From: Fulvivirga sp.
GTDB lineage: Bacteria; Bacteroidota; Bacteroidia; Cytophagales; Cyclobacteriaceae
Assembly (NCBI GenBank): GCA_028280565.1
Contig: JANQLQ010000260.1
Coordinates: forward strand, 20,817 to 84,816
DNA length: 64,000 bases
Direction of reading: 5' to 3'
Shown here in pieces: positions 26,908-36,321 of this stretch. The notes beneath the pieces are model-generated. The model was not told the origin of the DNA and did not search any database. It worked only from the letters and a program-made list of their open reading frames with translations. Made by a program: the position numbers and the translations under genes. Within the stretch, counting starts at the first letter, position 1; the number at the start of each line of letters is the position of its first letter.

Positions 26908-27618
26908 ATGATTGTAGATCTAATGAGGCCATTATTGGCAGGCGTCTTACATTCTTTTGAACCCGATCATGTGACCGCAGTGTCCGTACTGGCCGCTGAG
27001 AAGGCCGTAAAAAAAGAAAAGACCTCTTTTACCACCGTACTAAAAGCCTCTCAATGGGCAGTGGGGCATTCCGTGACATTGTTATTATTTGGTGGCATTG
27101 CCTTGTTATTCAAAACATCCATACAACTGGTCGTAGAAGATATTTCCTGGTGGGCAGAGATTTCCCTGGGACCCATCATGATCTGGCTCGGGGTGATGGC
27201 CATCAAAAGAAACCACAAGATCAATGCACAACTAAAGGACCATAAAGCCATAGAAGAACATGACCACGCGGCAGGGAATCCCATTCACCTGCATGGAAAA
27301 TCAGGAGAGGAAATAGCCATGAACCCTATGAACCGGTCCTTTTGGGTGGGAATGGTACACGGGCTTGCCGGAACAGGCGGTGTTTTGACTTCGGCGCTCA
27401 TCATTAGCGCCAGTACTTTCACTGAATCTATCATGATATTGGTGGTAGAAAGTATCGGGATTATCCTCGCCATGGGTGCTTACAGCTACTCCCTCATCTT
27501 TATGATGAGCCGGTTTTTAGAAAAACACCTGTCGCTCTTCAAAGTCCTTAACGCCTTGGCAGGCCTAGCTTCAATCTTTTTCGGAGGCTACCTGGTCTTT
27601 AAACAACTCATGGAATAA
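26908..27618 (+). CDS. UreH/NiCoT-related metal permease, putative cobalt importer
   Basis: About 6 TM segments, an HX4DH signature in the first TM (HSFEPDH), and a central His-rich loop (HKAIEEHDHAAGNPIHLHG). It is the last gene of the B12-riboswitch operon. Confidence 0.65.
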   Translation: MIVDLMRPLLAGVLHSFEPDHVTAVSVLAAEKAVKKEKTSFTTVLKASQWAVGHSVTLLLFGGIALLFKTSIQLVVEDISWWAEISLGPIMIWLGVMAIKRNHKINAQLKDHKAIEEHDHAAGNPIHLHGKSGEEIAMNPMNRSFWVGMVHGLAGTGGVLTSALIISASTFTESIMILVVESIGIILAMGAYSYSLIFMMSRFLEKHLSLFKVLNALAGLASIFFGGYLVFKQLME

Positions 27619-27696
27619 AACCACCTGGCAAACATTTGCCCGTCTATCCATCCACCGCAATTCAAAGGCAGGACAAACCCCCAAACCCCAACCCTC

Positions 27697-27950
27697 AACT
27701 GGCGCAAGTTTGCAACTTGTGCCTTCTTTATGATAACCAGGGTTTGTAACCCGGCTAAAAGATGGCAAAAACCTCCACACCTCGACAAATCCAATATCAA
27801 TCCAAACCAACACCGGCCGGAGGCCCACACAATGGCCGTTACTCACCTAAAGCAATAGCCGTCAGTTAAGGACTTCCCAGCGAAACCCCTAACCACTGAA
27901 GGGGCAATCCATCGCACCTTTAGTCCACTCTTGAAAGATTCCTGTCGACA
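27697..27950 (+). repeat. Family A repeat, copy A6 (with an appended module at about 27850-27950)
   Basis: AACTGGCGCAAGTTTGCAACTTGTG...CCAGGGTTTGTAACCCGGCTAAAAG...CCAATATCAATCC...CCGGCCGGAGGCC. Confidence 0.85.
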
Positions 27951-28009
27951 GTTCTTGCCCATCAGCCAACTCAAGACTCAATACTCATTACTCAAGACTT
28001 CACTTACTC

Positions 28010-28158
28010 AACTGGCGCAAGTTTATAACTTGTGCCTTCTTTATGATAACCAGGGTTTATAACCCGGCTAAAAGATGGCAAAAACCTCCACACCTCGACA
28101 AATCCAATATCGATCCAAACCAATACCAGCCGGAGGCCTACACAATAGCCGTCAGTAA
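28010..28158 (+). repeat. Family A repeat, copy A7 (in tandem with A6)
   Basis: Near-identical to A6 over ~150 nt. The hairpin loops differ (TAT versus TGC and TGT). Confidence 0.85.
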
Positions 28159-28162
28159 TACT

Positions 28163-28198
28163 AAAAAAAGCCATGATCATCACAGGTATGATCATGGC
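28163..28198 (-). terminator. Intrinsic terminator of the PhoX-like gene
   Basis: On the minus strand: GCCATGATCAT-ACCTGTG-ATGATCATGGC (11-bp perfect stem) followed by TTTTTTT. Confidence 0.8.
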
Positions 28199-28251
28199 TA
28201 AATGGGTGTTCTTTTCTTTGTTAGTTATTGGTCAAATTGGCTTTATGGGGT

Positions 28252-29634
28252 TTATTGTATTCCTAGTAAACTTTGCCATGGTCCCGTAATGGCCACGGTA
28301 TCACCGTTTTCCTGGACATTTACAAAAAACGTTTTTCCGGTTAAAGAGAAGACTCCACCGGTAAACTCCGAAGTTGAACTGCGATTGATGGCAAACAAGT
28401 TAAGCTCACCCTTTTTGTTGATGAAATGTACCCGGTTAAGCTGTCCATTGTCTTCGCAGATAAATATGTCTCCCCAAGGCGCTATGGTAAGGTTATCACA
28501 CATGTGCAGTACGGACTTACCCGGTGATTCGGCAAATAACTCTAATGAGCCCGGCCGTGATCGTTCTCTACGAGTGCCTTCTTTTACCGATGGAGTATAC
28601 TTGAAAACCTGGCCGTAGCGACCCGGCCCTCCATTTGTGCAGGCAAAAAAGAGTTCGTTCTCTCCCATCCACATGCCTTCGCCGCGGGCGAACCTGGCCG
28701 CGCCCTGTTCAAAACCGCGATAGCGCAGGTCATCTTCGGGCGATTCTACCTGGTCAATATCGAGCCATTCTACCTCCATTTTTTCATGCTGCCTGACATC
28801 GATCGTTTCCCAATTGCGGGTGTCTTGGTTCTTACGATCTTTTAGGGCAAGTACTTGCAATTTCCCCCCCGCCAAAAGCTTGGACTTCTTTCTCGGGATA
28901 AAGCGGTAGATCAGTCCGTCAGGACGATCTTCGGTCTGGTAAATGATGCCTGTACGCGGATCAACGGCTACAGCCTCGTGGTTGAACCGCCCCATTGCTT
29001 TTATAGGTTCCGCTGCGATCAAACTCTTGGCGCTTGAAGGTACTTCAAAGACGTAGCCATGGTCTTTCCACGTATAGCTACCGTTCGCCTTGGTCACATC
29101 TTCTTCACACGTGAGCCAGCTTTTCCATGGCGTTACCCCACCAGCACAATTGCGGTAGGTACCTGCCAAACTCATAAATTCTTTTACCACTTCTCCCTTG
29201 GTTTCATCATAAACCAGCGTGGTAGTACCTCCTAATCCGGGCTTTACACTTTTCCCGAGGTCATATAGCTTGGTTCCATTTACTTTGGGTAGTAGTTCAT
29301 TCTGTAATCCGAATGCACTATTCTCTAAGGGTACCGGGCTATTTTCATGATTCCGGATAAGTACTACCCGGCCACTTTCATCCTGGAAGGCGCCCATGCC
29401 GTCCGGTCGGCCCGGCACGAGCAGCCCGTCAGACATTTGACTGCCGGCTTTCGAGATGATCTTATAGGAAAACCCTTCGGGCAGGTCCATGTATCCTTTA
29501 GGGTCGGGGACTAGTTTTATCGCTCCTGTGCCTTTCCTCGTGCCTGCGGCACTGAACGTGTGTTTTGCCAAAAAAGAGAACCCTAAAGAGGTAATGACAG
29601 ACTGCTGCAAGAATTTTCTTCGTGGTATGCTCAT
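28252..29634 (-). CDS. Tat-secreted DUF839/PhoX-like beta-propeller protein (possible phosphatase)
   Basis: Twin-arginine signal (SIPRRKFLQQS). Size and sequence were recognised as the PhoX/DUF839 family. Confidence 0.55.
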   Translation of the reverse strand: MSIPRRKFLQQSVITSLGFSFLAKHTFSAAGTRKGTGAIKLVPDPKGYMDLPEGFSYKIISKAGSQMSDGLLVPGRPDGMGAFQDESGRVVLIRNHENSPVPLENSAFGLQNELLPKVNGTKLYDLGKSVKPGLGGTTTLVYDETKGEVVKEFMSLAGTYRNCAGGVTPWKSWLTCEEDVTKANGSYTWKDHGYVFEVPSSAKSLIAAEPIKAMGRFNHEAVAVDPRTGIIYQTEDRPDGLIYRFIPRKKSKLLAGGKLQVLALKDRKNQDTRNWETIDVRQHEKMEVEWLDIDQVESPEDDLRYRGFEQGAARFARGEGMWMGENELFFACTNGGPGRYGQVFKYTPSVKEGTRRERSRPGSLELFAESPGKSVLHMCDNLTIAPWGDIFICEDNGQLNRVHFINKKGELNLFAINRSSTSEFTGGVFSLTGKTFFVNVQENGDTVAITGPWQSLLGIQ

Positions 29635-29686
29635 GTGTACTTCCTTTTAAAGGGCCGGGGTACTTACCCCCGACCGGTTTACGTTT

Positions 29687-30245
29687 TTATTTTACTTTAT
29701 CTATTCTACATCCCCACCAGCCTTTTTGAAAGGTGGTATTTAAACCGTTGAGAGGCGCGCGATTGATCGCCGCATCAGCGTTGGCTTGATTTTTATCCGT
29801 GGTTTTACTGGAATAAAAGTAGCGCGAGTGAATCTGTATTGCCACCACACCCGGCCCCAAAGAAAGGACCGGGAATTCCATCCTTCTCCATACTGAGTAT
29901 CCCTCATACCCGTAGTTGACTTGGTCCAACCATCGCTGGATGGCAATATGCCTCACTTCGTTACCTGTAAAATTAGATACCACGCTAGTTACATAATTTC
30001 TACTTTCCGGGTCGCTTATGTCAATACCGTAGCGTTGCAAGGAAGCTTCTACCCCCTACTGGTAAGCAGCTACAGCATTGCCCGCAATCATGTTGCGGTG
30101 TATTGCTTCCGCTTCGATGAAGTTAAGCTCAGCGTAGGTCATATGCCAGAAAGTATTGAGATTCCGAAAATTATTACTTAAAAGTGATCGCTCTTCGTTG
30201 CCGGCTACATCCGATGCTAACCCCAAGTGGCTAATGGTAAAAGCT
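29687..30245 (-). pseudogene. SusD/RagB-family remnant (C-terminal third only, with an in-frame stop)
   Basis: Manual translation gives ...MTYAELNFIEAEAIHRNMIAGNAVAAYQ*GVEASLQRYGIDISDPE...WLDQVNYGYEGYSVWRRMEFP... The stop falls at 30056-30058. There is no N-terminal two-thirds and no adjacent SusC. Confidence 0.75.
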
Positions 30246-30528
30246 ATTTACCCGTGCCATGTCAAGCCTCAAATGGCGATTAATTTTTTTCGGTCTCGTT
30301 CCCAAAGTCGGCAGTTGGCAATGGACAACCCTCTATATTTTTGCCTACTGCTCTTTGCCTATTGCCGACTGATCAATACTTCAAACAGCTCATGCTGTAG
30401 CCAATACGTCATTTAAGATTTAACTTAACACTAGTGCCCTATGTTACTCAACGAATCTGCGTTGCCAACACGGACTCGTTTAAGTTAAGGGGGAGTCGCG
30501 CTCATCTTCGATGCCTAAACTGGAAGGG

Positions 30529-31350
30529 TCAATTGATCACTATCTCGTCAAAATAATGTTCTAATATTTCTTTGGCGGTTTCAAGCTCTTCGGGGGTATT
30601 TTCAGGGGTATTCTTTAACGCATATTCCTTTCCCAGTTTTTCCCACTTGTATATTCCTAGTTTGTGGTAAGGTTGTATTTCCAGTTTTTGTACCTGGCCA
30701 TAGGTTTGAAAATGTTGTCCTAGTTGGTGAAGGTGTTTGGGATCATCAGTAAGCCCGGGCACCAGTACGTACCTCAACCAAAAGGGTTTCCCCTGCTCTT
30801 GCAGGTACTTTGCAAATGCTAACGTATTTTCATTAGAGCGCCCAGTGATCCGCTTATGCAGGACGGGGTCCATATGTTTCACATCTAACAAGACCAGGTC
30901 CGTGTACTCCAGCATTTTTTCTACATATTGATTCATAAAGTACCCAGTGGTGTCCAGGCAAGTATGTATCCCCTTGGATTTCAATTTTTGAAACAATGCG
31001 ATCAACGGTTTGGCCTGGCGACAAGGCTCACCACCGGAAACTGTTACGCCTCCCCCATTGGCAAAAAACGGGCTCATGTTTTCCGCTGTATCCAAAATAC
31101 GTTCAATGCTGTAGACTTCTCCCTCACCGGGACTGATCGTATCTGGGTTGGCACAATAGAGGCATCGGAACGGGCAGCCTGTTAGAAATACTACAAACCG
31201 TATACCGGGTCCATCATAAGTCCCAAAGGACTCCGTGCTATGGACATTTAAGGTTTCCATGCCTGTTACAGTCTGTAAAGTATCATTTGGCATAATTCTT
31301 CCGGCTGTGATAATGTGACAAACCGGGCACAAAAGATGTACCCGGTTCAA
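30529..31350 (-). CDS. pflA: Pyruvate formate-lyase activating enzyme (radical SAM)
   Basis: CPFRCLYC radical-SAM cluster motif and DGPGIRFVVF. The probable true start is the Met at 31260 (METLNVHSTESFG...). Confidence 0.9.
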   Translation of the reverse strand: MNRVHLLCPVCHIITAGRIMPNDTLQTVTGMETLNVHSTESFGTYDGPGIRFVVFLTGCPFRCLYCANPDTISPGEGEVYSIERILDTAENMSPFFANGGGVTVSGGEPCRQAKPLIALFQKLKSKGIHTCLDTTGYFMNQYVEKMLEYTDLVLLDVKHMDPVLHKRITGRSNENTLAFAKYLQEQGKPFWLRYVLVPGLTDDPKHLHQLGQHFQTYGQVQKLEIQPYHKLGIYKWEKLGKEYALKNTPENTPEELETAKEILEHYFDEIVIN

Positions 31351-31371
31351 TATTCATTCGTGATATTTAGG

Positions 31372-33645
31372 CTATACTTTCTCGAAAAAACTCCTTGATA
31401 GTACCTCCAATTGCTGCTCCCTGGACAATCGCACAAAGTTCACCGCGTAACCAGAGACCCTGATGGTCAATTGGGGATAGTTTTCAGGATGTTTCATCGC
31501 ATCCATCAGCAATTCCCGGTTGAGTACGTTCACGTTGAGGTGATGGGCGCCCTTACAAAAGTAACCATCTAAAATAGTCACCAAGTTTTGGGTCCGCACT
31601 TGCTCACTTGGGCCTAGTGTTTTAGGGACCATACTTATGGTATTGGAGATCCCGTCCAACGCGTCGTTGTAATCGAGCTTAGCTACGGAATTCAGGGAAG
31701 CAATAGCCCCACGGGTATCCCTGCCGTGCATTGGGTTGGCTCCCGGCGCAAAAGCTACTCCTTTCGCCCGGCCATCGGGAGTGGCGCCTGTTTTCTTCCC
31801 GTAGACCACGTTAGAAGTGATCGTAAGTACCGACAACGTAGGCGTAGCTCCCTTATAGGTTTCAAAAGATGACAATGCCTTGTTAAAATCACTTGTAACA
31901 TCCACCGCTATTTGATCCACTCGGTCGTCATCATTGCCATAACATGGGAAATCACCTTCTATTTTGAAATCTATGGCCACCCCATTTTCATTCCTAATGG
32001 GGGTAACCTTGGCATGTTTTATAGCGGAAAAAGAGTCCGCTACTATGGATAACCCGGCTATCCCATACGCCACGTTCACTCTCGGGTCTGTATCGACCAG
32101 GGCCATCTGGGCTCTTTCGTAATAGTACTTATCATGCATGAAGTGGATGATATTCATAGCATCCACATATACCCGGGCCATTTCTTTCGTGGCGAGCTTG
32201 AAATTGTCCATCACTTCATCATAATCCAAGACGTCACCTTTCAGTGCAGGTATACCTTCTATCACCTGGGTGCCGGTATTTTCACACTTGCCCCCATTGA
32301 TCGCCAGCAGCAGGGTTTTAGCTAAATTACATCGCGCACCGAAAAACTGGATATGCTTGCCAATTTCTTGGAAGGAAACACAGCAGGCAATGCCATAGTC
32401 ATCTGACCTGCGCGTATGCCGCATAAGGTCGTCATTTTCATATTGGATGGAGGAAGTATCTATGGACACCTTGGCACAGAACTCTTTGAAACCCCTGGGT
32501 AACTTCGTCGACCACAGCACCGTCATATTGGGCTCGGGAGAAGGGCCTAGGTTATATAAGGTTTGTAAAAACCTGAAAGAAGTTTTCGTTACTTTATGTC
32601 CCCCTGCCAAATTAAGTCCACCAATCGCCTCGGTCACCCAAGTAGGATCTCCAGCAAATATCTCGTTATAGGCCTCCATCCTCAGGTGCCGGACCATGCG
32701 CAGTTTCATAACAAATTGGTCGATCATTTCCTGGGCCTCGACTTCGGTGAGCGTTCCTGCCTCTAGGTCCCTATTGATGTAGATATCAATAAATGATGAC
32801 ACATTCCCCAATGACATGGCTGCCCCGTCTTGTTCTTTTACTGCCGCCAAGTAAGCCATATAGATCCATTGGATAGCCTCATGCGCATTCTCTGCGGGCC
32901 TACCCAGGTCCAAACCGTAGGTTTCCCCCAACGACTTGATCTCCTTCAAGGCTTTGATCTGTTCATTTACCTCTTCCCTTAGCCGGATACGGGCGTCATT
33001 CATAGGGCCACCAAACCGGTCTAGATCATCAAGTTTGGATTGAACGAGTCTATCCACTCCATAGAGCGCCAACCGGCGATAGTCTCCAATGATCCGACCC
33101 CTGGCATAATTATCCGGCAGGCCTGTTAGAAAACCAAGCGACCTGAATTTCCTAATTTCAGTTGTGTAAGCATCAAATACACCGTCGTTATGCGTTTTTA
33201 CATAGTTGTAAAAGATTTCTTTCACTTTCGGGTCCAACATCAGGCCATGCTCTTGGCAGGCTTTCTCCACTATTTTTACACCACCATAAGGTTTTATGGC
33301 TCTTTTAAGAAGTTCATCGGTCTGTAACCCCACGATAAGCTCGTGCTCTTTGGCAATATAACCGGCGGCATGCGAATTGATCTTGGAAATGATGGAAGTA
33401 TCAATAGAGCGAACTCCCCCTTTTTGCAATTCTTCTCTTACCGCTTTTTTGCATATGTTGAAAAGCAAACGGGTCCTTTCTGTCGGACCGGTTAGGAAAT
33501 TGGCATCCCCATCGTAGGGTGTGATATTGTTGAAAACAAAATTTCGCACATCAATGGTGTTGTTCCAACTCCCTTGGACAAACTCTTCGGCTTTGATTCC
33601 TCTTACAATTGGCATAATAATTCTTGCTAGTAAACTGCATAGCAA
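31372..33645 (-). CDS. pflB: Formate C-acetyltransferase (pyruvate formate-lyase)
   Basis: Glycyl-radical motif RVSGYAVNF and active-site ACCVS. The probable start is the Met at 33615. Confidence 0.95.
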   Translation of the reverse strand: MLCSLLARIIMPIVRGIKAEEFVQGSWNNTIDVRNFVFNNITPYDGDANFLTGPTERTRLLFNICKKAVREELQKGGVRSIDTSIISKINSHAAGYIAKEHELIVGLQTDELLKRAIKPYGGVKIVEKACQEHGLMLDPKVKEIFYNYVKTHNDGVFDAYTTEIRKFRSLGFLTGLPDNYARGRIIGDYRRLALYGVDRLVQSKLDDLDRFGGPMNDARIRLREEVNEQIKALKEIKSLGETYGLDLGRPAENAHEAIQWIYMAYLAAVKEQDGAAMSLGNVSSFIDIYINRDLEAGTLTEVEAQEMIDQFVMKLRMVRHLRMEAYNEIFAGDPTWVTEAIGGLNLAGGHKVTKTSFRFLQTLYNLGPSPEPNMTVLWSTKLPRGFKEFCAKVSIDTSSIQYENDDLMRHTRRSDDYGIACCVSFQEIGKHIQFFGARCNLAKTLLLAINGGKCENTGTQVIEGIPALKGDVLDYDEVMDNFKLATKEMARVYVDAMNIIHFMHDKYYYERAQMALVDTDPRVNVAYGIAGLSIVADSFSAIKHAKVTPIRNENGVAIDFKIEGDFPCYGNDDDRVDQIAVDVTSDFNKALSSFETYKGATPTLSVLTITSNVVYGKKTGATPDGRAKGVAFAPGANPMHGRDTRGAIASLNSVAKLDYNDALDGISNTISMVPKTLGPSEQVRTQNLVTILDGYFCKGAHHLNVNVLNRELLMDAMKHPENYPQLTIRVSGYAVNFVRLSREQQLEVLSRSFFEKV

Positions 33646-33999
33646 AATTAGCTTGCCTGCCAGCCTAATTTATGATGCCAATCACCCATTCACCTGACTC
33701 GCATCATGGTCTTTTGCATGTTTTAAAACACTTTGATCATTATGTTACCTTGGCAATGGAATTCATACCTACGGGAAAACGATCTAAACTTACAGCCTAG
33801 GTTTTAGGTGTACCTAGAAATGTTGATAGAATAAGGACGAATGATTTGTACTGTAGTGCCCTTGATAGTAAAGCTTTCCAGGCCACTAAAGCCCGAAGAA
33901 TCACAAAAGAATTTTCTTTTTCGTTTGATCCTGCCACATTTTAGATCGAACCCAGGTCAGTAGGAAGGCCCGGTTGAATTACAAGCTTTTATGGTTTTC

Positions 34000-35685
34000 T
34001 TACTGCGCAGGTTTTGGGAAGCTTCGCATTTTCGAATAGCGCTTATAGGTATCAAACACCCCCGGCTTGGGACCCACCACACGGGGGTCTTTGGTACGTT
34101 TAAGTTCTTCCATCAAAATTGTATGTAACTCGCTTTCTATTTCATTGTATTGCTCCATTCCTGCTAAATTATGCAAGCAGTAACGATCTTTTTCCAGGTC
34201 AAAAAGTTCATACTCCTGTCTTTTGCCCACGGCAAGTTCAAAATAAGGTCGCACCTTGGGGGCCTGATGGTTTTCAACCAGCCAAGCCTTGGAAGGGCAG
34301 TCATCGATATCGGTATAGGCGCTTTGGGCCACGTAACGTCCCATGCTATCCAGCCCGTGCATTCCGAGTAATAGGGTGCTATCCTCTTGCGAGTACCGTT
34401 GTGGTGCCCCGGCGGGCCAGCGTCCCGGGTGTACATTCCAGGTATACAAGTAACGACCTTTACGGATCGCTCGCTGGGGAAAGCCATAGTTGCGGTACCG
34501 CGACGATGAGTGACGCTCCCTGCCAGAGAGCACATAAACCCGGTCAGCGTCCACTTGCCCTTCTCCCCGTGACGTTAACACCTCCAGTAAACTCCTTCCT
34601 GTCATAGGCTGCATCTCCCCGGCTGAAGTACCCGTAACTTCTAAGATGGTGGGCGCCAGGTCGATGAACCCTATAAAATCCTCAACTACCCGCCCCCCGG
34701 GAAAGCTTTTGGGATAGCGAACGGCAAAGGGGACATGGATGCCATCTTCATAAGCATTTGCCTTAGCCCTAGGGAATGGCATGCCGTTATCTGACGTTAC
34801 GATGACAATGGTATTTTCCAACTGGCCAGTTTTTTCTAAGTAATCCAACATTTTTTGGAGATGCTGGTCGTACCATTCAATTTCTACGGCATAATCGAGC
34901 AGGTCTCTACGGATCACCTCGTTATTGGGAAGGTAGCCAGGTACAGTTACCGAGTCCGGGCTTTTGTTCGTACGTTTCCATGCGTCCTTTTCATAGGGCC
35001 GGTGCGGTTCATAAGCGCCAAACCAGAAGAAAAAAGGTGCATTTCCATCGTTTTGATCTATGAAATTCTTGAAGTTAGCGAAATAGTCTACTTTACTCAC
35101 CCCTTCCGTTGGCCGCGCCGGGTCGCCGGGCTGGTACCGGGCACTATTCCCTGCCTTACCAGCAGCGTCTTCATTACGAATGTGCGATTCTTCAGCCTTG
35201 CCGCTGTAATAAAAGGGTTGTACCCCCTTGCCGGTACGCCCGGTTCGATACCCATTGGCAGCCAGCCGGTCAATAAAAGAGATGTATTTATTGAGCCACG
35301 CAGATGCATGCTGCCCGGACTGTTCATTTTGCCATGGATAACGCCCCGTGACGATCGCACTCCGGGCCGGGGCACAGCCGGGAGAGGTGGCGTAGCAATT
35401 GGTAAAGTAGACCCCTTCGGAAGCAATACGGTCGAAAGCAGGAGTTTGAATAAAAGAACTACCCCAAAAGCTCGTGTGACCAAACGACTGGTCGTCGCTA
35501 ATAACGAAGAGAATATTGGGACGTACCTCCGTTCGTTTCATCGTGCGTTCACACGCGGCAACAAGTAAAACGAATAAAGGAGCTATGAGCAAGACTTTAC
35601 TTTTCATGCAAAAGAGTACTAAGTAGGACCTTAAACCTCTAATTAGACGCACCAGGATATAAAGTACCCCCAACGACCCGCACAC
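34000..35685 (-). CDS. Sulfatase (S1 family) lipoprotein
   Basis: CAPAR motif (SPGCAPARSAIVTGRYP). The likely start is the Met at 35607, which gives a lipoprotein signal (LLVAACE). Confidence 0.9.
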   Translation of the reverse strand: MCGSLGVLYILVRLIRGLRSYLVLFCMKSKVLLIAPLFVLLVAACERTMKRTEVRPNILFVISDDQSFGHTSFWGSSFIQTPAFDRIASEGVYFTNCYATSPGCAPARSAIVTGRYPWQNEQSGQHASAWLNKYISFIDRLAANGYRTGRTGKGVQPFYYSGKAEESHIRNEDAAGKAGNSARYQPGDPARPTEGVSKVDYFANFKNFIDQNDGNAPFFFWFGAYEPHRPYEKDAWKRTNKSPDSVTVPGYLPNNEVIRRDLLDYAVEIEWYDQHLQKMLDYLEKTGQLENTIVIVTSDNGMPFPRAKANAYEDGIHVPFAVRYPKSFPGGRVVEDFIGFIDLAPTILEVTGTSAGEMQPMTGRSLLEVLTSRGEGQVDADRVYVLSGRERHSSSRYRNYGFPQRAIRKGRYLYTWNVHPGRWPAGAPQRYSQEDSTLLLGMHGLDSMGRYVAQSAYTDIDDCPSKAWLVENHQAPKVRPYFELAVGKRQEYELFDLEKDRYCLHNLAGMEQYNEIESELHTILMEELKRTKDPRVVGPKPGVFDTYKRYSKMRSFPKPAQ

Positions 35686-35785
35686 GATCGACTAGGCAAT
35701 AGGCCGCGCCCGGCATGATCTTCCTAGAATAGAGTTGGCCAGCATGTTTTCAACCAGTGATCATCACGGTTCCCGCTACCTCTAC

Positions 35786-36001
35786 TCAACCCGGCAACAC
35801 CTCGCATTCACACTCCAATGTTCTCAAAAGATGGATAACACAAGCGCTGCAGATGCTGGCAGCCTCTATGCGCAATATACTGTCACAATCTTCAAGATCG
35901 AAGGAAACGTTCGAATACCCCAAGGCTTTTGTCAGTGCCTGTTCTACCTTTTTGGCAGTGGATATATCCTGCACATTGGTCTTGAAAACCTCTATCATCA
36001 C
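35786..36001 (-). CDS. Small conserved hypothetical protein
   Basis: MIEVFKTNV...FDLEDCDSILRIE pattern recognised from Bacteroidota hypotheticals. 4-nt overlap with the upstream gene. Confidence 0.5.
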   Translation of the reverse strand: MMIEVFKTNVQDISTAKKVEQALTKALGYSNVSFDLEDCDSILRIEAASICSACVIHLLRTLECECEVLPG

Positions 36002-36321
36002 TGCTCTTTTTTATGGTCACTATCTTTCGGCAACATTCTGGCTGTCACGTAAAAAGTACCAAAAGGGATGATCGCGGCCAGCATGGCCAGTAACATTTTA
36101 CCCAAAGTCCACCTACATTCTGCCTTGACCTGTATCACGGCCAAGATGTACCAAACGAAAAGCAAGCCATGTACTAGCCCTACTCCTTTGTTGGGCCCGG
36201 GAATGTCCATTAGGTATTTCAGGGGCATCGTAACAAAAAGTATGGCCAAAAAAGAAACTCCTTCTGCCAGCGCCAGCAGCTTGAAGCGACCTAATTGTGT
36301 TCTCAGCAAGTATATCATCAT
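35998..36321 (-). CDS. DUF3817-like integral membrane protein
   Basis: LALAEGVSFLAILFVTMPLKY...VHGLLFVWY pattern with 3-4 TM segments. Confidence 0.6.
   Translation of the reverse strand: MMIYLLRTQLGRFKLLALAEGVSFLAILFVTMPLKYLMDIPGPNKGVGLVHGLLFVWYILAVIQVKAECRWTLGKMLLAMLAAIIPFGTFYVTARMLPKDSDHKKEQ

Noticed and set aside
30420-30500. Imperfect inverted repeat downstream of pflA as a terminator
   Set aside because: The arms (ACGAATCTGCG / CACGGACTCGT, flanked by TAACTTAA / TTAAGTTA) pair only partially and no T-run follows on the minus strand.
33646-33999. FNR/CRP-type TTGAT-N4-ATCAA box upstream of pflB
   Set aside because: Only partial half-sites are seen (e.g. TTTGATCATTATGTT), with no convincing palindrome, so no regulatory site is called.
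624-35568. Numerous long antisense or overlapping ORFs inside strong CDSs (e.g. 624-1067, 3352-3819, 4066-4509, 8061-8627, 10692-11114, 19267-19782, 21481-21936, 22599-23081, 25795-26217, 28202-28618, 34855-35568, and 61682-62272 further on)
   Set aside because: These are shadow frames opposite or overlapping confidently assigned genes. None shows motifs, and most are rich in Arg/Ser/Pro, as is typical of off-frame translation.
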